From assembly GCA_001563335.1 (NCBI GenBank), contig LRSL01000013.1:1-64000 (forward strand): a stretch of DNA of 64,000 nucleotides, read 5' to 3'. A model generated the notes under the pieces. The model saw only the letters and a program-made list of their open reading frames with translations, did not search any database and was not told the DNA's origin. The translations under genes and the position numbers were made by a program. Source of the DNA: Candidatus Thorarchaeota archaeon SMTZ1-45 (GTDB lineage Archaea > Asgardarchaeota > Thorarchaeia > Thorarchaeales > Thorarchaeaceae). This document shows positions 27,745-37,695 of this stretch, one piece after another; within the stretch, counting starts at the first letter, position 1; the number at the start of each line of letters is the position of its first letter.

Positions 27745-28413
27745 CTATTGAAGAAGTTGCTTTAATGCTGCCTTGACACCTTGGATATGACCTGCACCCA
27801 GCACTGCTACAATTCTACCCTTAACATCATTCAATATGAAATGTAATGCGTTTGCTACATACTGGTCTCTCTGCTCTATCAGAACGTTGGCTAGACCTGG
27901 AAACTCTGATCTAAACTGCTCCATTAGGTCATTCACAGCCCTGTCCTCCTTAAGCATAGCAAGCAGATCGCTTGCTCCACCACCTTTGATATCCTTTGTT
28001 GCATCTGGCAGCATTTCAGTTAGTTTGTAAATCTCATCCACAGAAACTTGCATCATTGCATGAACTGTTGCCATCATTGGACGGTCTACTAGAGCGATTT
28101 TTGCACCAACAGCCCTACCTTCCTCTATTGCTGCTATCATCTCATCTCCTACATCAGAACCAGTTATTTCACTCAAGCTCTTCTCCAATATGGCAAGCTG
28201 CTGCATCAAATCTTGTGCCATATCACCTGAACCGGTTTGCACAATATCTCCCTCATCTGGAGGATTCATTAATTGATTGTATCTGTCATGGTCCAACTCC
28301 ACTGCTACAACATCTGGTCTAATTTCTTTTACTACTCGTCTTGCTTCTTCGACACTCTCAACATCAGTATGTATGACGGAAACGAATACTATTCTGTCTG
28401 ATTCAGCTGCCAC
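27745..28413 (-). CDS. TraB family protein (soluble domain only)
   Basis: PDVVAVELD..R; GDEMIAAI; ALVDRP; LIEQRDQYVA; VAVLGAGH. Confidence 0.85.
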   Translation of the reverse strand: MAAESDRIVFVSVIHTDVESVEEARRVVKEIRPDVVAVELDHDRYNQLMNPPDEGDIVQTGSGDMAQDLMQQLAILEKSLSEITGSDVGDEMIAAIEEGRAVGAKIALVDRPMMATVHAMMQVSVDEIYKLTEMLPDATKDIKGGGASDLLAMLKEDRAVNDLMEQFRSEFPGLANVLIEQRDQYVANALHFILNDVKGRIVAVLGAGHIQGVKAALKQLLQ

Positions 28414-28608
28414 GCAAAGACACGCTCAAACTATGGAGTGCATACCTAGATATTTTCTTTTTGTAGAGCATAATTTGATAGTAAACGTTTATTGGTAAAA
28501 GTTAGTTCTTTGTGGGTCTAAAACAGAGATTAGTATTAAGAGAAGGTTTTTCACGAACCTAACGTTTACTACATACTAACAATCAACCAAGGGAGTAGGA
28601 AGAAAATC

Positions 28609-28959
28609 ATGATATCTGATCTTGAACTTGCATTTGCAAAGTTGATGAACCCGCGCATGAGCGCTGGATTAATGGTCCTTTATAGTCTTCTTGAGGACTT
28701 GAAAGGGAATCCCATAGAGCCTCGTCGAGTCCGAAAGGCAGTTGACAATCGCATTGATAAAAGACGAGTTTCAAAACAGTCAGTCACCAATGCTGCAAGG
28801 CGTCTTGAAGAAGCTAACATCATTGAACGAAAGGAAAACAGGTACACAGTTAATTTTGGGTATCTGATATCAGTACTACTTAACACAGTTCTTGAAATGA
28901 CACATCGTATTGATGATCTTGAAGATGAAATCTCTATGTTAAAATCAATAGAACGATAG
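28609..28959 (+). CDS. Winged-helix plus coiled-coil protein (putative regulator)
   Basis: VSKQSVTNAARRLEEANIIERKENRYTVN HTH/wing; C-terminal heptads RIDDLEDEISML. Confidence 0.7.
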   Translation: MISDLELAFAKLMNPRMSAGLMVLYSLLEDLKGNPIEPRRVRKAVDNRIDKRRVSKQSVTNAARRLEEANIIERKENRYTVNFGYLISVLLNTVLEMTHRIDDLEDEISMLKSIER

Positions 28960-29107
28960 ACCTCCCTCTTTTACTCTCTGTCCTGGTTGATCCTTAGACG
29001 TGAAACACTTTCCGTACTATTTGTGTTATACGCCCGTTTACCTTATATGAGCTAATGTAATGTAAAATTCCACCCACAACCCTCGTTGTGGTTCGGAGGA
29101 AAGACAT

Positions 29108-29464
29108 ATGTCTGGTAAACCAACCGGAGTTCTGATATTAGCTATTCTTCAGCTAATCGGAGCTATATCATGGCTAGCCCTAGGAGCTTTTCTGCTTATG
29201 GCTGGAGCAATGCTGCTCCCAATTTTTGGGATGCTAATGGCATTCTTCCCATTGATAATTGGTATCATTGGGTTAATCCTATTCTACGGGCTATGGACAT
29301 TGAAGGGATGGGCCTGGTTATGGGCACTCATCTTCAACTTGTTGGGTGCTGTAATAGGTCTATTAGGAAACCTTACTGACATAATGAATTTGATTTCATT
29401 AGCTATCAGTGTAATAATAGTGATCTATCTACTGATTCCTTCTACAAGAGCTGCTTTCAAGTAG
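29108..29464 (+). CDS. Small 4-TM membrane protein
   Basis: KPTGVLILAIL...YGLWTLKGWAW...IIVIYLLIPSTRAAF; GGAGGA ribosome-binding site upstream. Confidence 0.75.
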   Translation: MSGKPTGVLILAILQLIGAISWLALGAFLLMAGAMLLPIFGMLMAFFPLIIGIIGLILFYGLWTLKGWAWLWALIFNLLGAVIGLLGNLTDIMNLISLAISVIIVIYLLIPSTRAAFK

Positions 29465-29492
29465 TTAGTAGAATTCAGTTGATACTGATTAA

Positions 29493-29542
29493 GGAGTTCT
29501 AATTAGCTCAACTGGTTAGAACTCCCCCTTCCCTCTTTTTTT
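29493..29542 (+). terminator. Long stem-loop plus T tract
   Basis: ggagttctaattag-ctcaa-ctggttagaactcc (14-bp stem with G-U pairs), then cccttccctcttttttt. Confidence 0.6.
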
Positions 29543-29642
29543 AATATAAAATCAAAAGGACTAGGTTCTAAACATCCTGTTAATAATGGATTGTAGCCTA
29601 TTGTCTAGATGATGTTTCTAAATCCAATCTTGCTGCTCAACT

Positions 29643-30635
29643 CTAGCCAAGAAGATTGATTCTCTGACCAAGTCCCTTCTTCTTTGCTGTATCATATACT
29701 ATCTTTGCAGCTGCAATGTCCTGGGCAGACAGTCCTGTGGAATCAAATAATGTAATTTCGTCATCTGACTCTCTTCCAGACTTCTTTCCATTTATTATCT
29801 CACCAATCTCTGCATGAATCTTTGATTCATTGATTATTCCTTGATTCAAAGCATGCTGAATCTCACCTATCTTACGACATTGTTCTAAACTATCAACAAC
29901 AATCTTTGAAGCACGAGTCATGATATGCGGATCAAGTTCTTGCTTTCCAGGTCCATCGGCTCCTATTGCATTGATGTGTATTCCATCGTGGATTGAATCT
30001 GCATTGATGAGCGCTTTTCTTGAGGGCGTTGCAGTAACAAGAATATCCGAATCTGGAACAGCAGCATCAGGTTTGTTTACAACCTGAATATCGATTGAGA
30101 GTTGCTTGGACATCTGATCTTTATATCGGGTAGCCATTTCCTGCTTAATATCCCAAACTTTCACGTTTTGAATATCAAATAGCTCCCTCAACGCAAGAAG
30201 CTGCATACATCCTTGAGTTCCAGCACCAACAATACCTATTCTTTCACTATCCTTCCTAGCAAGAAAACTTGCTGCAACTGCTCCAGCTGCACCAGTTCTG
30301 TATGCTGTAATATGGGTCCCATCCATTATTGCTAATGGCATACTTGTTTTCAAGTCAAGAAGAACTATCACTGCTATTCCTGGAGGGAGTCCTTTCTTTT
30401 GGTTGTCATAGAATCCTGATGCTATCTTGGTGCCCATCAATCGAAAATCCTCCACAAAACCTGATTTAATGTCTACTTCTCCATTATACTGATGGACATC
30501 AAGGTGCTGAACACTTGGCATCTGTACTCTCCCATTAGCAAAAGCCGAATATGCTACCTTAACAGCGTCAATTGCTTCTCTCATAGACAAACAAGCGCTG
30601 ACTTCAGATTGGGTCAAAATTATCGTATCTTCCAT
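29643..30635 (-). CDS. Ornithine cyclodeaminase/mu-crystallin family (archaeal alanine dehydrogenase-like); start refined to MEDT at 30635
   Basis: ITAYRTGAAGAVA; GIVGAGTQG; HINAIGADGPGKQELD; LFDSTGLSAQD. Confidence 0.9.
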   Translation of the reverse strand: MEDTIILTQSEVSACLSMREAIDAVKVAYSAFANGRVQMPSVQHLDVHQYNGEVDIKSGFVEDFRLMGTKIASGFYDNQKKGLPPGIAVIVLLDLKTSMPLAIMDGTHITAYRTGAAGAVAASFLARKDSERIGIVGAGTQGCMQLLALRELFDIQNVKVWDIKQEMATRYKDQMSKQLSIDIQVVNKPDAAVPDSDILVTATPSRKALINADSIHDGIHINAIGADGPGKQELDPHIMTRASKIVVDSLEQCRKIGEIQHALNQGIINESKIHAEIGEIINGKKSGRESDDEITLFDSTGLSAQDIAAAKIVYDTAKKKGLGQRINLLG

Positions 30636-30857
30636 AACGAATCCTCGCTTACGCGCTATAAAAAAAGTAACTTCGCAAAATAGATTATGGCTCATCTTCT
30701 CTTGCATTGAAAAAGAAATTTTCGTCTTATAGATAATCTTCTATGTAACCAATTTGATAAGTGTGATTTTCGATTGCATATCACTGCTATTTTCATTTGC
30801 TTTATAATTCATTATAAGCTAGATAACATTGCCATTTTCGCAAAGGGAGATTGTATT

Positions 30858-31577
30858 ATGGAAGTAGTGTATCGGTCTGCTGTTTATGGATTTCTTGAGT
30901 TCATTTTGGAGAAGGAAAGGATTAGTGGAGAATCCTTGGGTCGAAAAATTCTAGATTGTGGAGCAGGTGGTCAAAGACCTCCTATTGGACTTTTTTCTGA
31001 GTATGGTTTTGAAGCATTTGGAATAGATATCTCCGATAGTCAGGTTGTAGCAGCCAAAGAGTTCTGTGAGGGTCGAGGACTATCTGTTAAATTCTCGATT
31101 GGCGATATGAGACGCATTCCATTTGATGACGGTTCTTTCGACCTCGTCTATGAATTCTACTCGATGGTCCACTTGACAAAAAGTGATATTCTCAAGGCTA
31201 TTCGAGAGATGAAACGTGTGGTTAAGAAAGGAGGTCACCTCTTCTTCGGGTTTGCCTCACGTGACACTTGGCCAATCACAGGGGAAGAACGCGAGAAAAA
31301 CGAGTTCTGGTTGTTTGAACATGATGATTTAGAAGTTGTACATAGCTTCTTCAACGATGATGAAATCGATGAGTATCTTGAAGGTTTGGAGATTATGAGG
31401 ATAGATAAAGTGGTTAGACATGACTCTTGGTGGTGGTCTAGACTCTCTAAAGAGGACTGGATGAACTATTATGCTGATAATTGGACTAACCACTCTAGAG
31501 AAGAATGGGAGAAGATCTATGACCGACGTTCGGAACAGAACTATACGCACATCTTCTACATCTGTAAGAAACTCTAA
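30858..31577 (+). CDS. Class I SAM-dependent methyltransferase (start refined to ATG 30858)
   Basis: ILDCGAGG; GIDIS; GDMRRIPFDDGSFDLV; EMKRVVKKGG. Confidence 0.88.
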   Translation: MEVVYRSAVYGFLEFILEKERISGESLGRKILDCGAGGQRPPIGLFSEYGFEAFGIDISDSQVVAAKEFCEGRGLSVKFSIGDMRRIPFDDGSFDLVYEFYSMVHLTKSDILKAIREMKRVVKKGGHLFFGFASRDTWPITGEEREKNEFWLFEHDDLEVVHSFFNDDEIDEYLEGLEIMRIDKVVRHDSWWWSRLSKEDWMNYYADNWTNHSREEWEKIYDRRSEQNYTHIFYICKKL

Positions 31578-31591
31578 TGTTTCTGAGGAAC

Positions 31592-31798
31592 CTATTCTTC
31601 GAATATGAATACATCTTCAATTCCAGACTTCAGAGCCCTCGCAACCTTGTACGCTAATCTTAACGATGGGTTGTATTTACCCTTCTCAAGGAAGATTATT
31701 GTTTCTCTGCGAACTCCAACTTGCTTTGCAAGTTCTTCTTGAGTCAGGTTTAGCTCGTTCCTGAGTTCTTTCATCCGGGTCTTCATCAAGAGGTTCAA
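31592..31798 (-). CDS. XRE/Cro-family HTH regulator (alternative start ATG 31786)
   Basis: [36 protein letters not shown]. Confidence 0.92.
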   Translation of the reverse strand: MNLLMKTRMKELRNELNLTQEELAKQVGVRRETIIFLEKGKYNPSLRLAYKVARALKSGIEDVFIFEE

Positions 31799-32130
31799 TC
31801 ACCTCTTCTATCATAGTAAATATAGGATAAAACAAAGGATACCATACTTGCTATGAACAGCATGCTGAATACAATTGGAAATGTTCCTATCGATTCAAAT
31901 GAAACGACATAGACCAGTGAAAAAGCCATCGTGATTGTGATTATTGCGAAAGAGTTCCTACATGCACGATTGATATTGCTCTCAATCCTTTCATCTGTTC
32001 CAGTCCCTGCAAAGGCACTTAGAAACCCCACAAACCCAAAGAAGCCATAGAATCCTAGATTCCCAGTTATGGGACCTAGAAATCCCAAAAGTCCCAAAAA
32101 TCCTAAGCAACTTACAATGTTAAACCTCAT
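31795..32130 (-). CDS. DUF3796-like small membrane protein coupled to the XRE gene
   Basis: [11 protein letters not shown]...GFFGFVGF...DER...RA; overlaps the start of the XRE gene. Confidence 0.7.
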   Translation of the reverse strand: MRFNIVSCLGFLGLLGFLGPITGNLGFYGFFGFVGFLSAFAGTGTDERIESNINRACRNSFAIITITMAFSLVYVVSFESIGTFPIVFSMLFIASMVSFVLSYIYYDRRGD

Positions 32131-32140
32131 ACTTTACACC

Positions 32141-32176
32141 ATGTTAACTATTTCTAACGTTATATATTTCTAACAT
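32141..32176. promoter_or_regulatory. Two overlapping palindromic operators (GTTA-N8-TAAC) upstream of the DUF3796-XRE pair
   Basis: atgtta-actatttc-taacgt (32141-32160) and acgtta-tatatttc-taacat (32157-32176). Confidence 0.6.
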
Positions 32177-32284
32177 TTGCCTTTAACCTTTACTATTCAA
32201 ACAATAATCCCCCACTCAAACTAAACCGACTGATAGGAAAGATTCAAGCGCTATTCTTACAACATATCTCCGAGGACCAGAGAG

Positions 32285-32773
32285 ATGGAATATCATTTTT
32301 GCTCCTGCTGTGGAAGTGCTCTTGTTTCATGTGAGAATGAGGAGTGGGAATATGAGTGTATAAGATGCGACAAGAAATACTATAGCAATCCTGTACCTGT
32401 TGTTGCAGCGCTTGTCTTCAAAGATGAGAAATTGGTGATAGTAAACTCAAAGAACAAAGATCTCTGGGGATTGCCTGGAGGTTTTGTTGAAATCGGTGAG
32501 TCACTCGAGGATGCTATTATCCGTGAAGTTGAAGAAGAAACTGGTTTACGAATTGGAGTCACAAATTTTTTAGCATCTTATCCTCTAAAAAAAAATCAAA
32601 CAGAGATGGTGTTTATTGTGTTCATCACTAACGTGCTTGAAGGTGAACCTTTAGCTGGTGATGATGTAAAGGAATTGGAAATACTGCCGCCATCTGATGC
32701 TTACCACCAATTGACAGGGAAATATGCCAAAAAAGCGGTTGAAAAGTGGATGAGTCTTTCCGCAGATTTATGA
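32285..32773 (+). CDS. NUDIX hydrolase with an N-terminal zinc ribbon
   Basis: CSCCG...CIRC; Nudix box GGFVEIGESLEDAIIREVEEETGL. Confidence 0.92.
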   Translation: MEYHFCSCCGSALVSCENEEWEYECIRCDKKYYSNPVPVVAALVFKDEKLVIVNSKNKDLWGLPGGFVEIGESLEDAIIREVEEETGLRIGVTNFLASYPLKKNQTEMVFIVFITNVLEGEPLAGDDVKELEILPPSDAYHQLTGKYAKKAVEKWMSLSADL

Positions 32774-32791
32774 ACCTTCATAACTATCTTA

Positions 32792-33208
32792 TTGACAGAG
32801 CATTTGGAGGGTTTAAGGTTGAGAGAAGCCATGTCCTCACACAGTCATAAAGGACTAAACCTCATTGCTGATTTGTGTATCATCGAAGGAGTTGTACTGA
32901 CCGGTTCTGGCGCACTATTATTGGTGTTCGGCTTCATATTTGCACTTATTCTGCTTATAGCTGGCATTGTCATGGTTGCTATGGGCTATTATCTTGATGA
33001 CCTAAGAAAATTCGCTTGGTGGGTAGTAATCATAATTAATTCTCTCTCGCTTGCTGGAACTTTCATAGGCACTGCCCTCAATAGCAATATGTTTCATACC
33101 CCTCTCGGATTAAGTGACTTTGTTACGTTCGTTATCAATATACTCTTGAGTTTCCTAATAGTAGGATATCTTCTGAGAAGCAATGTCAGAAAGCTCTTTT
33201 TTGAATGA
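32792..33208 (+). CDS. Small 4-TM membrane protein, similar in pattern to 29108..29464
   Basis: GYYLDDLRKFAWW...LIVGYLLRSNVRKLF; true start may be the ATG at 32831. Confidence 0.65.
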   Translation: MTEHLEGLRLREAMSSHSHKGLNLIADLCIIEGVVLTGSGALLLVFGFIFALILLIAGIVMVAMGYYLDDLRKFAWWVVIIINSLSLAGTFIGTALNSNMFHTPLGLSDFVTFVINILLSFLIVGYLLRSNVRKLFFE

Positions 33209-33245
33209 CTAACATCTCAATGGTCGCAGACAAGTGAAAATGAAA

Positions 33246-33320
33246 TGGGGCCCAGGGGGGGAATTGAACCCCCTTCAAGGGAGCCACAATCCCTTATGCT
33301 GCCGGTACACCACCTAGGCC
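33246..33320 (-). tRNA. tRNA-His(GTG) with encoded G-1 and CCA
   Basis: Reverse complement folds as G-GCCTAGG-TG-GTGT..GCAT-A-AGGGA-TTGTGGC-TCCCT-TGAA-GGGGG-TTCAATT-CCCCC-CCTGGGC-C-CCA. Confidence 0.95.
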
Positions 33321-33500
33321 ATAGTTATCGTGGCAAATGAGGCTCTGTGATTTTCTCTTATCAACTTATCTCCAAGTACATAACTAACTGTTTTCAGGAC
33401 CTCAAAATCCACCTATAGACAGGTCAATCTTTTTCAAGAATTCCATATCTTTCTACAAACTTTGGATAGTGGATGTCCACAGTCACTACACCATTTGCTC

Positions 33501-35384
33501 TCATAGATTAAGTAGGAAGGTATACTGGTCGTCGTCAATACTAAGCTTACTCTCAATCAGCTTGCCAGTTTTGTGAATGAAGTCAATCATTTTGATATTC
33601 TTTGGATGTACATAGGCAATGAAGGCACTAACGCCTTTGCTCTTAGCGATTCGCATCATTTGGTTCAAGAGAAATGTACCAATACCCATGTTTTGATACT
33701 CATCTTGTACAAGTAGGGCGAATTCAGCTTGATTGGTGCTCCTATCTAACAGGTATCTCCCAGCTGCGATAATCTTCTCGCACTCCTCATTGTTGTCTAA
33801 GACCCCAACAAGTGAGATGTCCGATTCTTGATCTACATAGTAGAATTCTTGCAGTGTCTGTCGACGGAGACTTCTAAGAGGAGTAAGAAACCTGAAGAAA
33901 ATAGACTCCTCACTGAGACCGTAGAAAAGACCTTTGATACGATCCGCATCATCTGGTCGTATCAATCTAGCATGAACTGTAATTGGGCCTTCTGGTCCTT
34001 CAAAATCTTGTTGTGCCTCATACTCCGTTGGGAAGTATGTTCCTCTGGAAAGGAATGGCACTTGATCCTCAAACACATAGTGCATATCTTTTGCCGCTTC
34101 TAGAAGTCCATTTCTATAATCTGGATGTGCTATCGCAATGAGAGATAGTACACGCTCCCGAATATTCTTCCCACGAAGAGTAGCTAGTCCATATTCCGTG
34201 ATGATGACATCCACATCCCCGCGTGTTGTAACAACTCCTGCTCCCTCACTAAGACGTGGCACAATTTTTGAAACTGTACCATTCAAAGCTGTGGACTTGA
34301 GGCAGATTATTGATTTACCACCCTCGGATCTAGAGGCTCCCCGAATGAAGTCCACCTGGCCACCAATACCACTATAGAACGAATGGCCAATTGAGTCTGA
34401 ACAGACTTGTCCAGTCAAGTCAACTTCAAGTGCTGAATTGATTGCCACCATTTTCCTGTTCTGGCTGATGACATAGGGATCATTGACATAGGCAGTTTCT
34501 CTGAAATCAAACAGTGGGTTATTGTTCACATATTCATAGAGCTTCTTTGTGCCCATGGCAAAACTAGCTGTTACTTTTCCTCTGTTGATGCTCTTCTTCA
34601 TATTAGTGACAACACCACTCTCAATTAGGTCGATGATACTATCACCGAATGTTTCGGTATGAATTCCCAAGTCCTTCACACCAGAGTTAATGAGATTAGA
34701 TGTTACCGCCTTCGCAACAGTACCTATACCAACTTCAATGGTTGATTCATTTTCAATGAGTTTCGCTGCATATTCCCCTATTCGGTTCTTTATCTCGCTC
34801 ACCTCAGGTGATTCAAACTCTCTCAGAGGTTCCGTGTGTAACACAAGATAGTCCATATCTTTCACATGAATAAATGAATCACCATGCGTTACAGGCATCC
34901 TTTCATTTACTTGAGCAATCACCATGTCTGCATGTTCTGCCCCTGTCTTTGTTATATCCACAGATATCCCAAGTGAGCAATAACCGAATTCATCTGGAGG
35001 ACTAACCTGAATCAATGCTACATCTAATGGGATTCTCTTAGTTCGAAAGAAAAACGGGATGTCCGATAGTGGCGCGGGTGTGTAGTCGGCGCGGCCTTCT
35101 GAAACAGCACTACGGATGTTATCTGAAACAAAGAAGGTATTATGCCTAAACTGAGTCTGGAACTTTGGATCTGCGGAAGGCGTGTTACCAATCGTGATTA
35201 GATGGACAATCTCATTATCAGCCATCTTATCAGCATTCTTTCCTAGTTCCTGAACGAGGTGATAAGGAACGCCGCAGCCAGTTCCAAGTAGGATTCGGGC
35301 ACCCCTTCTGATTTTTGAAATAGCCTTGTCAGCTATAACAATCTTATCCTTGTACTTCTCAGTCCAATCTCCTTTGGAATTCAT
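33501..35384 (-). CDS. Acetyl-CoA hydrolase/4-hydroxybutyrate CoA-transferase family protein fused to a C-terminal GNAT acetyltransferase
   Basis: GRADYTP; SPPDEFGYCSLG; DLGIHTE; INSALEVDLTGQV; GIGGQVDF; VTTRGDVD..ITEYG; GNAT: RLIRPDD..LSEESIFFRF...AEFALLVQDEYQNMGIGT. Confidence 0.92.
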   Translation of the reverse strand: MNSKGDWTEKYKDKIVIADKAISKIRRGARILLGTGCGVPYHLVQELGKNADKMADNEIVHLITIGNTPSADPKFQTQFRHNTFFVSDNIRSAVSEGRADYTPAPLSDIPFFFRTKRIPLDVALIQVSPPDEFGYCSLGISVDITKTGAEHADMVIAQVNERMPVTHGDSFIHVKDMDYLVLHTEPLREFESPEVSEIKNRIGEYAAKLIENESTIEVGIGTVAKAVTSNLINSGVKDLGIHTETFGDSIIDLIESGVVTNMKKSINRGKVTASFAMGTKKLYEYVNNNPLFDFRETAYVNDPYVISQNRKMVAINSALEVDLTGQVCSDSIGHSFYSGIGGQVDFIRGASRSEGGKSIICLKSTALNGTVSKIVPRLSEGAGVVTTRGDVDVIITEYGLATLRGKNIRERVLSLIAIAHPDYRNGLLEAAKDMHYVFEDQVPFLSRGTYFPTEYEAQQDFEGPEGPITVHARLIRPDDADRIKGLFYGLSEESIFFRFLTPLRSLRRQTLQEFYYVDQESDISLVGVLDNNEECEKIIAAGRYLLDRSTNQAEFALLVQDEYQNMGIGTFLLNQMMRIAKSKGVSAFIAYVHPKNIKMIDFIHKTGKLIESKLSIDDDQYTFLLNL

Positions 35385-35458
35385 TTCCTATCGCCTCAGG
35401 TTAAAATAACCTGTCCAAACGAATAGATTTGAGCGTTTCGAGTTAAGCTTTGAGGAAC

Positions 35459-36268
35459 CTAGGAGTCATGTCCGAGTAACCTGAGCAGTGTAACCTCACT
35501 GAGTAATCCAAGTCTTTCAGCAATGGATTCCACTGCTTTCACTGCAGGTGATTCTCCATTAAGCTCAAATAATGGAGCTCCGCGGTAGTTGACTTTCGAG
35601 AGTTCTTCATCACTGGGGATTAATCCAATGAGCAGCATGTCTTCTGCTGCAAATTGATTTCCTAATTCCTCCTCCATATCTAAAGGAAACCTATTCCCAA
35701 TCACTACAATCTTTTTAAACTCGATATGAACCTCCTTTGCTAAGTCCCTTATCCTCAAGGCTGCCTCAAAAGCAGCTCTTGAAGGGTCGACAACAATAAT
35801 GAGAACATCCACATTTCGATTTGTACGTCTACTCAGATGTTCAAGACCCGCACTCATATCTAACAAGGTAATCTCATAGTTCTTGCTTAGGGTATCCAAG
35901 ATTTGTGTTAGGAGCCGATTTACATAGCAATAACACCCTTCTCCTTCGGTTCTCCCCATAGCAAGGAAGTCAAACTTTGGGTTCTCGACGAGTGCTTCGA
36001 ATATCTCTCCCTCAAGAACATCTTGTTTCGCTACTTCTCCCGAATATGTGCCCTCATCTATATCCTTACGAAGCCTAGTCGCAATTGATCCAACTGACTT
36101 CACTACTTCTATTCCAAGTGCTCGTGGGAGATTCATAACCGGGTCAGCATCAACAACGAGAAGGTCTCTTTTTGTCTTCTCAGTGACGATGCGTGTAAGA
36201 AGAGCAGCTGTTGTTGTCTTTCCCACACCACCCTTGCCTGACACCGAGATTACGAGACGTTCTCTCAT
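35459..36268 (-). CDS. cooC: CooC/AcsF-type nickel-insertion ATPase for CODH/ACS (start refined to ATG 36268)
   Basis: SGKGGVGKTT; DADP; EGEGCYC; D..AGLEHLSR. Confidence 0.9.
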   Translation of the reverse strand: MRERLVISVSGKGGVGKTTTAALLTRIVTEKTKRDLLVVDADPVMNLPRALGIEVVKSVGSIATRLRKDIDEGTYSGEVAKQDVLEGEIFEALVENPKFDFLAMGRTEGEGCYCYVNRLLTQILDTLSKNYEITLLDMSAGLEHLSRRTNRNVDVLIIVVDPSRAAFEAALRIRDLAKEVHIEFKKIVVIGNRFPLDMEEELGNQFAAEDMLLIGLIPSDEELSKVNYRGAPLFELNGESPAVKAVESIAERLGLLSEVTLLRLLGHDS

Positions 36269-36279
36269 ATGAGTTAATT

Positions 36280-37695
36280 TCACTCCTCTTTCCATTTTCC
36301 CTCTTGAAGAAATTTTGGAATCCCACTTGAGTCACGTGGACCAACTTTGACAGTCCAACCACTGACCTCCTCTGTTTCGCCGCTGATTCTTGCAGCCATT
36401 CCTGGACTAATCAATATCTTGTGATTCACTTTTTCAGCCACTTTATATTCCTCTAGAGCTTCAGCGACACCATCAGCTGTTAGCTTTCGACCCGCCACTG
36501 CAGACTGGACACTCATTCCCTCTGTATCAACCACAAGCAAGTATGCATTGACACCTGCTTGCTTGATGTCACTCTCGACAGTAAAGTATGTCAGAGCAAA
36601 ATTAGTTGTATACATTACAGGTGATTCAGAATCCACTTCTCCAAATTCCATCAATCCTGGCTCGACTGCTACTGGCTTTACAGGATCTGTGTAGAGGTTG
36701 CTACGGAGAAATGTTAGAGGGAGATTGGTCCACATATCTACGCTGTGCAAGACAAGTATGTCTGTGTACCTTACGATCTGAGCTGATGCAGTTAGGACTT
36801 CATCCCATTTAGTCAGCTCAGGGGCTTCGTCCTTCTTATAATCCGCCCAGACTGTAATTGGAGCACCAAGTATTGGATAACCGAGTAGCTCGTTGTCTTC
36901 GATTATTGATGAACGTCTCAATTGTGTGAAATCATCAACTGTATTTCCAAGACCTGTTCTGGAAGTGGTACCTGGGTCGAGGACAATATCCTCCACGCCT
37001 ATAGCACGAAGCGTACCCACAAGTGAAGCAAGATTGTTAAGACTCCCCGGTGCACATGCCACAAGTGGTAGATTGTGTTTGGCTGCAAGCTCACCAACTT
37101 CCGCCCATGTTTCTAAGGTGGCTGCATAGAGCAGAGGACGTTTGTCTGCTATAGCTTTAGCTGCTGCAGCAAGCATCTTTGGATCTAAGGAACAGAGAAT
37201 TATTGGCCAGTCAGTCAGTTTGGTCAGTTTCTTTGCTGCGGCAGCAAAGGTCTTTGGGTCTTGAGAAACCCCCCTAAGAGCAATCCCATCAAGATGGAGG
37301 TTTGTACCAATATAGACATAGGTCCATTCTTCTATGGATTTGACTCTCGCAGCCAATCCCTCTGCATCAAGTGTGTCTGGTGCATCAAGGAAGAATGCAG
37401 TTGGATTGCTCCATCTCAAATCATGCCGATAGAGTACTAGTTTTCCTCCAACACTCACAGCTTTCTCCCCAGTCCCGATTACAACTTCTCTGATTGGCGG
37501 TCGAACTAAATTCTTGAGTTTCTCTAGTTTCTTTGCATACTTTGCCTCATCAAACAGAGGTGTACAAGTTTTGAGTTTAACTGTGTGTTCAGCCATCTTT
37601 GTAGCAAACGCCATGCAGTTTGCCTCACCACAAACTTGACAGTTTGTACCTGGGAGGAGTGGGTAGATCTCAAGTGGTCCTGGCAATTTAGCCAT
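36280..37695 (-). CDS. cdhE: CODH/ACS complex gamma subunit (large corrinoid Fe-S protein); start refined to 37695
   Basis: LPGTNCQVCGEANCMAFA; VLYRH; LYTDPVKPVAV; TTNFALTY; PGMAAR; VGPRDSS. Confidence 0.95.
   Translation of the reverse strand: MAKLPGPLEIYPLLPGTNCQVCGEANCMAFATKMAEHTVKLKTCTPLFDEAKYAKKLEKLKNLVRPPIREVVIGTGEKAVSVGGKLVLYRHDLRWSNPTAFFLDAPDTLDAEGLAARVKSIEEWTYVYIGTNLHLDGIALRGVSQDPKTFAAAAKKLTKLTDWPIILCSLDPKMLAAAAKAIADKRPLLYAATLETWAEVGELAAKHNLPLVACAPGSLNNLASLVGTLRAIGVEDIVLDPGTTSRTGLGNTVDDFTQLRRSSIIEDNELLGYPILGAPITVWADYKKDEAPELTKWDEVLTASAQIVRYTDILVLHSVDMWTNLPLTFLRSNLYTDPVKPVAVEPGLMEFGEVDSESPVMYTTNFALTYFTVESDIKQAGVNAYLLVVDTEGMSVQSAVAGRKLTADGVAEALEEYKVAEKVNHKILISPGMAARISGETEEVSGWTVKVGPRDSSGIPKFLQEGKWKEE

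Noticed and set aside
33246-33320. Integrated element at tRNA-His (also considered at tRNA-Leu)
   Set aside because: No integrase, transposase or duplicated tRNA 3' end was seen.
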